From positions 124,001 through 188,000 of the IMG/VR virus record IMGVR_UViG_3300035181_000357: a DNA stretch of 64,000 nucleotides. One strand, written 5' to 3'. Of the stretch, positions 58,597 through 63,939 are shown piece after piece; the first letter of the stretch is position 1, and every line of letters begins with the position of its first letter. The translations under genes and the position numbers were made by a program. The notes beneath the pieces were generated by a model. The model had not been told where the DNA came from. It saw only the letters and a program-made list of their open reading frames with translations, and ran no database searches.

Positions 58597-58712
58597 GATC
58601 CCATAGCTCAGTTGGACAGAGCAACAGCCTTATCGCACTCCTGACCAGGTGGGTTTGGAACTGCATGGCTCTAAGCTGTAGGTCGCTGGTTCGAGCCCAG
58701 CTGGGATCACCA
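58597..58712 (+). tRNA. tRNA-Arg(UCU) interrupted by 39-nt insertion in the anticodon loop
   Basis: GATCCCA/TGGGATC acceptor, A20, ACAGC/GCTGT stem, T arm, ACCA; removing 58631-58669 restores loop CTTCTAA. Confidence 0.8.
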
Positions 58713-58744
58713 AATTGGTTTCTGGATAGTGTGGCAATGCTGAT

Positions 58745-59045
58745 ACTGTTGGTTAGACCTGATACCAACAAAATACCGCTTCTAAGTAGTTGTAGCGGGT
58801 AGTCGGATAACTACTAGACTCCGACATGTTAACGCTGTTGAAGAGTCCATAACACTTGGTAGCATTACCTAAGTGGCGCGGAGTTTGGACACTGTTAGCT
58901 AAACCGCCTAATGCTAACAAATACATCTTGGGGAATACTCTCCAGTTCATAATGAAAGATGGTAGTAGGATAGAAACGGGCTAACTCCTACATGTTAACG
59001 CTGTTGAGTCTATCTTGGTGGGCATCGCTCCCACCAAGATAGACT
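58745..59045 (+). ncRNA. Two tandem copies of an unidentified ~150-nt structured RNA motif
   Basis: Shared ATGTTAACGCTGTTGA linker and three helices with compensatory changes between copies. Confidence 0.7.
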
Positions 59046-59200
59046 GTTTTACCTCCTGTCTGAATCGCCCTGATCTCGTGGTACCTGAACTTTATGTCCA
59101 TCTATATCCTGCAAATGAACTGTAGACATGGCTACCATCAGGGTTTCGAGACTCAGATCATAGGTATAGAATACTGTATTCAGTGGAGTACCACGATCCT

Positions 59201-59275
59201 GTGGCCTTAGCTCAACGGTAGAGCATCGCCCTTTTAAGGCGAGGGTTGTGGGTTCGAGTCCCACAGGCCACACCA
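59201..59275 (+). tRNA. tRNA-Lys(UUU)
   Basis: Canonical cloverleaf, loop CTTTTAA, encoded CCA. Confidence 0.95.
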
Positions 59276-59643
59276 TCCGAGGTGGGTTAAGCGTCACTGT
59301 GATGGCAGTACGGATACCCACAGCATAAACTGCATGATGCTGGTCTTTACCTCCCGATAGTAGAATCTCGAAAGAGACTACTATTATACCCGACAAACCA
59401 TTCCACTACTGACATAGTGGAAACATAAATCGGAGCCGTGTCAGCGGTAATGCGGAACATGAACTATTTGTTGCGATAGTCGTGAGTTCGCCGGGAGTTA
59501 TTAAATCCCCATGTGATGGCTCGTATTAGAGCGAAGGATGCGTAAGCACCCAACAGGCTGAAGATAACACAGCGTATCATATGTTTTTGTTTTAGGAGAG
59601 CCCTGTCAGAACTCTTCGGAGGAGGGTTAGACTCCCTATTAAT

Positions 59644-59719
59644 AGCCCTATAGCTCAGCGGTCAGAGCTGACGGCTCATAACCGTCTGGTCCTAGGTTCG
59701 AACCCTAGTGGGGCTACCA
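59644..59719 (+). tRNA. tRNA-CAU, most likely Ile2 (lysidine type); elongator Met not excluded
   Basis: GACGG-CTCATAA-CCGTC arm resembles bacterial Ile2; CCA encoded. Confidence 0.85.
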
Positions 59720-60179
59720 AATCGTTTACTAGTTCGATTCTAATAAAAACTAGTCGAGGGGGATGGGTGAAGAATGCTGGTCTCAGGATAGAGACTATTC
59801 CCATCGGGTGAGACCTTATCCAATCTCTTCCTGCAGGAGCCGCGTAAAAAAGTCAAAAGAACCTTGGTGCTACACTATGCGCGAGTTATTGATAAAATCA
59901 ATAGCGTCTCCTTTATGGATAGCGGTAGGAATTCGCTGCAAAATCCAAGGCTACCCTACTTAGGCATGCGGTAGGGTAAATTTCTCGAAATCTCAGGTTT
60001 CGTTGAACTACGAAGTAACTGTACCGTAGTGAGGAATCTGTGACAGCGACATGGGTCGGGCCATGGCTGGCGACACCAGCTAAAAAGATGTTCCTGTGGG
60101 AAGGGTAACGTATACTTTCTTCAGAAGACGTGCCAGTCCGGCTGGTGTCCAGCATGTATCTACCTCTACTGGACTTAAA

Positions 60180-60264
60180 GCTCCCATGGCGGAATTGGTA
60201 GACGCTACGGACTTAAAATCCGTCGCCTATGGGCATCCCGGTTCGACTCCGGGTGGGAGCACCA
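60180..60264 (+). tRNA. tRNA-Leu(UAA)
   Basis: Loop CTTAAAA, long variable arm, A73, CCA. Confidence 0.95.
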
Positions 60265-60443
60265 AACTGTTCTCTGTTACAGTCTTAACAGAGTGGTCCA
60301 GGCGGGGAAATTCCCCATCCGTAGTCCCTATGCTACAGAAGGTCATAGGGTGGTGGAGGCGGTGTGACCTCGGTCATGCTTCTAGGTGTCGGGTGCGTAA
60401 GCAACATGACTCGAGTCAGATCCTCTAAGTCTGACATATTTCT

Positions 60444-60781
60444 GGGCCTGACAAGGTTTCGACAGGTTGTTAGCTTGGGATTGCGGTGCAGGGACTGGTT
60501 GATCAGCAGGCCAGTATAAAAGCAGATCAAACTTTAATTGCCGAGCCACAGCTCGCACTAGCAGCTTAAACACTGCTACGAGGAACCGCGAGAGGACAGT
60601 AGCGGGGAATCGTCACCACCGTCCTAGTTTCTACTAAGAGTTCGGGTAAGTAGGAGCGAAACTACGCGATCAAACGATAGTAGGCTGTCAGTCGCCGACC
60701 TATCGAGACCAGACTGACTAACCCTGTGAATGACTTCAATACAACTCTTCTTGGACGTGGGTTCGAATCCCACCAGGTCCA
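60444..60781 (+). ncRNA. ssrA: tmRNA with tag (A)AEPQLALAA
   Basis: GGGCCTG/CAGGTCC acceptor with G3-U70, TTCGAC D-loop analogue, T arm; tag ORF GCC...TAA at 60540-60569. Confidence 0.95.
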
Positions 60782-60925
60782 CATCGGTAGACTTCCTAGT
60801 TCTTACGGAGAATAGGAACATGGAAGTCTACCATACAACCCTCTAAGATAATGGATGGACAAGAGGTAGGAAATTCCCTAGCGATAGGGATTAAGATCGG
60901 CGAGTGCCGATATACGGAGGTAGTT

Positions 60926-61024
60926 ATGGCTACTGAACCAGAGGACAACGACGGTCTACTCGGGACCGAGCGTGAATCAGATGAAGAAGGTTGTCCAGAT
61001 TATGACAAGGACGACGACGAGTAA
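60926..61024 (+). CDS. 32-aa highly acidic peptide
   Basis: GGAGGT RBS; MATEPEDNDGLLGTERESDEEGCPDYDKDDDE (15 D/E). Confidence 0.6.
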   Translation: MATEPEDNDGLLGTERESDEEGCPDYDKDDDE

Positions 61025-61287
61025 CACTGTACCATAATACCGGGGATGGGGACGACAGGCCCATACAAAGCAGATCCATAGTGTAAAAACTATGGGTGAT
61101 GAAAGTCTGCCATGTCAGTTGATTCTCTAGACTGACAAACCTTAAGTTGGATGCAAACGGAAGACGACTCGCCATCGACCCCAGGCACATGGGGAACCAC
61201 GGCCTTTCCCAGATAGCGTAGTGGCCCTACGACGATGCGTGGAAGGTGGGATTATTCCCTTAAAAGCACTGTGTCATCCAACTACTT

Positions 61288-61365
61288 GATCCCATCGTCT
61301 AAACTGGTTTAGGACAGTAGCCTCTCAAGCTGCAGATCCGGGTTCGAATCCCGGTGGGACCACCA
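61288..61365 (+). tRNA. tRNA-Glu(CUC)
   Basis: Loop CTCTCAA; one acceptor mismatch; CCA. Confidence 0.9.
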
Positions 61366-61367
61366 AG

Positions 61368-61454
61368 GCCGAGGTGCCAGAGTGATTGAATGGGCAGGTT
61401 TTGTAATCCTGTAGAGAAATCTCGTCATGGGTTTGAATCCCATCCTCGGCTCCA
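61368..61454 (+). tRNA. tRNA-Thr(UGU) with atypical long variable arm
   Basis: GCCGAGG/CCTCGGC acceptor, loop TTTGTAA, U31-U39 mismatch, 15-nt variable region. Confidence 0.75.
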
Positions 61455-61622
61455 ATCAAAATTTATTTCATAAAAGTTATCTTCCAGAGATTGTAGTTCG
61501 TAATTAATGAATTATGTGGTCATGGCCACGCGAATTCCCTTTGACAATTTCATAGAGATCAAGCACACGAGCTCTGCTGTAGAGTCTAACGATTCTGGCA
61601 CACATGCCGTGTGTATTTATTA

Positions 61623-61707
61623 GGTAGGGTGGACAATGGTCGTCAAGCGGCTTTGAATACCGTCGCTCCGAGAGGAGTTGCAGGTTCGAATCCTGTCCCT
61701 ACCGCCA
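61623..61707 (+). tRNA. tRNA-Ser(UGA)
   Basis: Loop TTTGAAT, C31-A39 mismatch, long variable arm, G73, CCA. Confidence 0.85.
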
Positions 61708-61716
61708 ATCTTTAAT

Positions 61717-61794
61717 GGCCCAGTACGCTAATTGGCAGATGCGGTAAGTTTCAAAAACTTGTGGTTGTCGGTTCGAATCCGACTTGGGCTACCA
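61717..61794 (+). tRNA. tRNA-Leu(CAA) with short variable loop
   Basis: Loop TTCAAAA, 5-nt variable region, A73, CCA. Confidence 0.85.
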
Positions 61795-61796
61795 AT

Positions 61797-61885
61797 GGAA
61801 GATCGGCACAGTTGGAGAGGTGCGCCAGTTTGCTAAACTGGTAGATGTAACAGTCTAGAGGGTTCGATTCCCTTATCTTCCGCCA
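61797..61885 (+). tRNA. tRNA-Ser(GCU)
   Basis: Loop TTGCTAA, long variable arm, G73, CCA. Confidence 0.95.
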
Positions 61886-62078
61886 AAGTCGTCGCTCGCA
61901 AAGCGGAGAGAGGTAAGTAAGACAGATTAATGGTCTAGAACATCCTGTCAGAGAATACCTTGTAGGTTCAAATCCTACCTTGACAACAATACGCAACGCC
62001 ATAGAAAAGCCTTCATCTTAATAGGGATGGGGGGGAAACCCTCGCTGGCTTTTCACCACTTTCGTTGCATTCTTATTA

Positions 62079-62152
62079 CGGTCACTGGCGCAGCCTGGTA
62101 GCGCACCTGCTTTGGGAGCAGGGGGTCGAGTGTTCGAATCACTCGTGGCCGA
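62079..62152 (+). tRNA. tRNA-Pro(UGG), CCA not encoded
   Basis: C1-G72, loop TTTGGGA. Confidence 0.92.
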
Positions 62153-62191
62153 CATCGTGATCTAGACTTAGGTTTAGATCACACAATATCT

Positions 62192-62268
62192 CGGGGTGAA
62201 AGTGAGCCTGGTACACGGTCTGGTTTGGAACCAGAAGATCGTCGGTTCAAATCCGACCTCCCCGACCA
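62192..62268 (+). tRNA. tRNA-Pro(UGG), second copy, A37
   Basis: Loop TTTGGAA, one acceptor mismatch, CCA. Confidence 0.88.
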
Positions 62269-62303
62269 ATATCAAACTTTATAATTATATGTAGAGGACT
62301 ATC

Positions 62304-62660
62304 ATGTTCAAAGCTAAACTACTAAAGACTGCATCAAGTCCACAATTGACTCTGGCTCAACAAGTCTATGCTCAACATAAGGCAGAGATAGATCCTAAGA
62401 TTTTCAAGGCTGCTGACTATGTAGTTGATAATGCTATCGATCTAGATTCTGAAACTGCAGATAATCATCTATTTGGTGATGCTATATTTGAGCCATGGTT
62501 TGAAGCCAGCCCAGAATATCTCAGTATGACAGAAGAATCTGGGAACGAAGATGACGAGACCGATTATATTGGTGGTGTCTGGGAACAAGTTCTGTCTACA
62601 AATCCAAAGTATAAAGATGTCGTAGCTAAATTTGCTGACATCAGAATCAATGGATATTAA
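62304..62660 (+). CDS. Acidic hypothetical protein inside the tRNA island
   Basis: 118 aa, AGAGG RBS, N-terminal MFKAKLLKTASS. Confidence 0.7.
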   Translation: MFKAKLLKTASSPQLTLAQQVYAQHKAEIDPKIFKAADYVVDNAIDLDSETADNHLFGDAIFEPWFEASPEYLSMTEESGNEDDETDYIGGVWEQVLSTNPKYKDVVAKFADIRINGY

Positions 62661-62666
62661 TATCAT

Positions 62667-62745
62667 GGAGTGCTAGGGGAGTCAGGCCGTCCCCAGTTGC
62701 TTGTCACGCAACAGATCACGGGTTCGAATCCCGTGCACTCCGCCA
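62667..62745 (+). tRNA. tRNA-Asp(GUC)
   Basis: Loop TTGTCAC, G73, CCA. Confidence 0.95.
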
Positions 62746-62865
62746 TTCTCTCTAGAAATAGAGGATCATGAGTTGGGTAGAATCCACGTCTGAGGGACGT
62801 TAGGTGTCTGCTGTGCTGCAGCGAGAAACCCCACTAGCAGACCCTGTCTCATGATCAAATATCAT

Positions 62866-62942
62866 GCTCCGTATGCTGAAGTTGTCGAGGCGTTGGTCTG
62901 CAAAACCAATCTTAGCCAGTTCAAGTCTGGCACGGAGCTCCA
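62866..62942 (+). tRNA. tRNA-Cys(GCA)
   Basis: Loop CTGCAAA, U73, CCA. Confidence 0.95.
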
Positions 62943-62959
62943 AATTCGTAATGCCCTTT

Positions 62960-63078
62960 AGAAGCTTTCATCCACTATAAGGACGTTATCGGAGGTTCGA
63001 ATCCTCCTCCCGGAACCAATATCTTATTTTTCATTCCGGGATAGCTTAGTGGCCTAAAGCACGTAAAAGAGCTTTTTT
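62960..63078 (+). ncRNA. Circularly permuted tRNA-like RNA (T arm - acceptor stem - D arm); YrlA-like Y RNA or permuted tRNA
   Basis: T arm 62991-63007, TCCCGGA+ACCA 63008-63018, 16-nt linker, TCCGGGA 63035-63041, D arm 63044-63060, terminal helix and T run. Confidence 0.75.
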
Positions 63079-63104
63079 ACTATTTTCATTGCGAAGCCTA
63101 TTAT

Positions 63105-63190
63105 GGTCCAGGAGTCCAACGGTTGAGACAGCACGCTGTTAACGTGCCGCTGTAAAAGCACATAGGGTTCAACTCCCTACTGGATCGCCA
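63105..63190 (+). tRNA. tRNA-Asn(GUU) with atypical long variable arm
   Basis: Loop CTGTTAA, 15-nt variable region with GCT/AGC stem, G73, CCA. Confidence 0.85.
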
Positions 63191-63241
63191 TCGGGTAATG
63201 ATCCCAAGAGATATATCAAAGAAGCAAATGAATTTATCCAT

Positions 63242-63329
63242 GCATCAGCGGCAGAGTTGGAGGGCTGCAACGGTCTGTAAAACCGTCGGGTTGATCCCCT
63301 AGTAGGTTCGAGTCCTACCTGATGCACCA
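63242..63329 (+). tRNA. tRNA-Tyr(GUA)
   Basis: Loop CTGTAAA, long variable arm, A73, CCA. Confidence 0.95.
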
Positions 63330-63331
63330 AA

Positions 63332-63406
63332 GTCGATAGTGGACGAGGGACGTCCGGGAGTCTTCTAAACTCCATTCTCCGGGTTCGAGTCCTGGTATCG
63401 ACACCA
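63332..63406 (+). tRNA. tRNA-Arg(UCU), uninterrupted
   Basis: Loop CTTCTAA, CCA. Confidence 0.9.
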
Positions 63407-63410
63407 ATTT

Positions 63411-63502
63411 CCCGGTGTGATGTACGGTTGCATAGGTGGCTTTATACCCCACTCGCGCCAGATTAGCGCCTTGTTAGGGTTCGACTCCCTACGCCGGGAC
63501 CA
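63411..63502 (+). tRNA. tRNA with probable UAU (Ile) anticodon and 22-nt variable arm
   Basis: CCCGGTG/CGCCGGG acceptor, GTGG/CCAC stem with C31-C39 mismatch, loop TTTATAC; alternative UUA register pairs worse. Confidence 0.65.
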
Positions 63503-63580
63503 ATTCTTGATAACGCCTTCGAATCAGGTTTCATCCATTAAATGAAAAGCCTGTTCATCCTGTTCTTCGTTATCATCCAC

Positions 63581-63654
63581 TGCGCTGTCGTCTAGTGATA
63601 AGGCAAGAGACTTTGACTCTCTGAACGTAGGTTTGATTCCTGCCAGCGTAACCA
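63581..63654 (+). tRNA. tRNA-Gln(UUG)
   Basis: U1-A72, loop CTTTGAC, CCA. Confidence 0.92.
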
Positions 63655-63776
63655 TCGATTAACTTTCTTTTGAGAGTTCATCAAAATATCATCATCAGTA
63701 TACTTCCAACCTGTTGGTAAAATAGAAGGGCTGTTGATGTTAGCACGACTGTTCGACTCAGCCTCGTGCGAAATAT

Positions 63777-63851
63777 GGGCTATAGGAATTAAAGGTTGTT
63801 CGCATGACTGAAAATCATGAGGAGGCGGTTCGATACCGTCATAGCCCACCA
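63777..63851 (+). tRNA. tRNA-Phe(GAA)
   Basis: CATGA-CTGAAAA-TCATG, CCA; weak D arm. Confidence 0.88.
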
Positions 63852-63853
63852 AC

Positions 63854-63933
63854 GTCCGGGTACGCAAATCTGGCAAAGCGACTATCCTCAGAAGGTAGTG
63901 ACTCTGTGGGTTCGACTCCCACCTCGGACACCA
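63854..63933 (+). tRNA. tRNA-Leu(CAG) with reduced (7-nt) variable region
   Basis: Loop CTCAGAA, A73, CCA. Confidence 0.9.
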
Positions 63934-63939
63934 ATCAAT

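Noticed and set aside
58631-58669. Group I intron in tRNA-Arg
   Set aside because: Only 39 nt, no terminal G and no P7 core; no clear archaeal bulge-helix-bulge either
58826-59045. Hammerhead (CTGTTGA resembling CUGANGA), HDV-like, pistol or hatchet assignment of the tandem motif
   Set aside because: No GAAA after the following stem, and required pseudoknot or P1 pairings are not conserved in both copies
59374-59482. Group I intron P7 (GAGACTA ... ATAGTC)
   Set aside because: GACTA is better explained by a local 7+4-bp GAAA hairpin, the J8/7 consensus is missing and no interrupted gene exists
60995-61021. DYDKDDDE resembles a FLAG epitope (possible engineered sequence)
   Set aside because: Not identical to DYKDDDDK and no vector or linker context; coincidence in an acidic peptide
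59720-61287. RNase P, SRP or 6S RNA
   Set aside because: Conserved cores (GAGGAAAGUCC, ACAGAA.CCGGCUUA, SRP domain IV loop) not found
2343-63104. CTATTA(A)T / CTCTTAT as a late-promoter motif
   Set aside because: Several copies abut tRNA 5' ends directly or are part of a terminator stem (52311-52336); AT-rich background makes it unsupported without TSS data
63436-63452. Stop-codon recoding via an ochre suppressor
   Set aside because: UUA register pairs only 3 of 5 with U37, and ORFs end normally at TAA, TAG and TGA throughout with no fragmented genes
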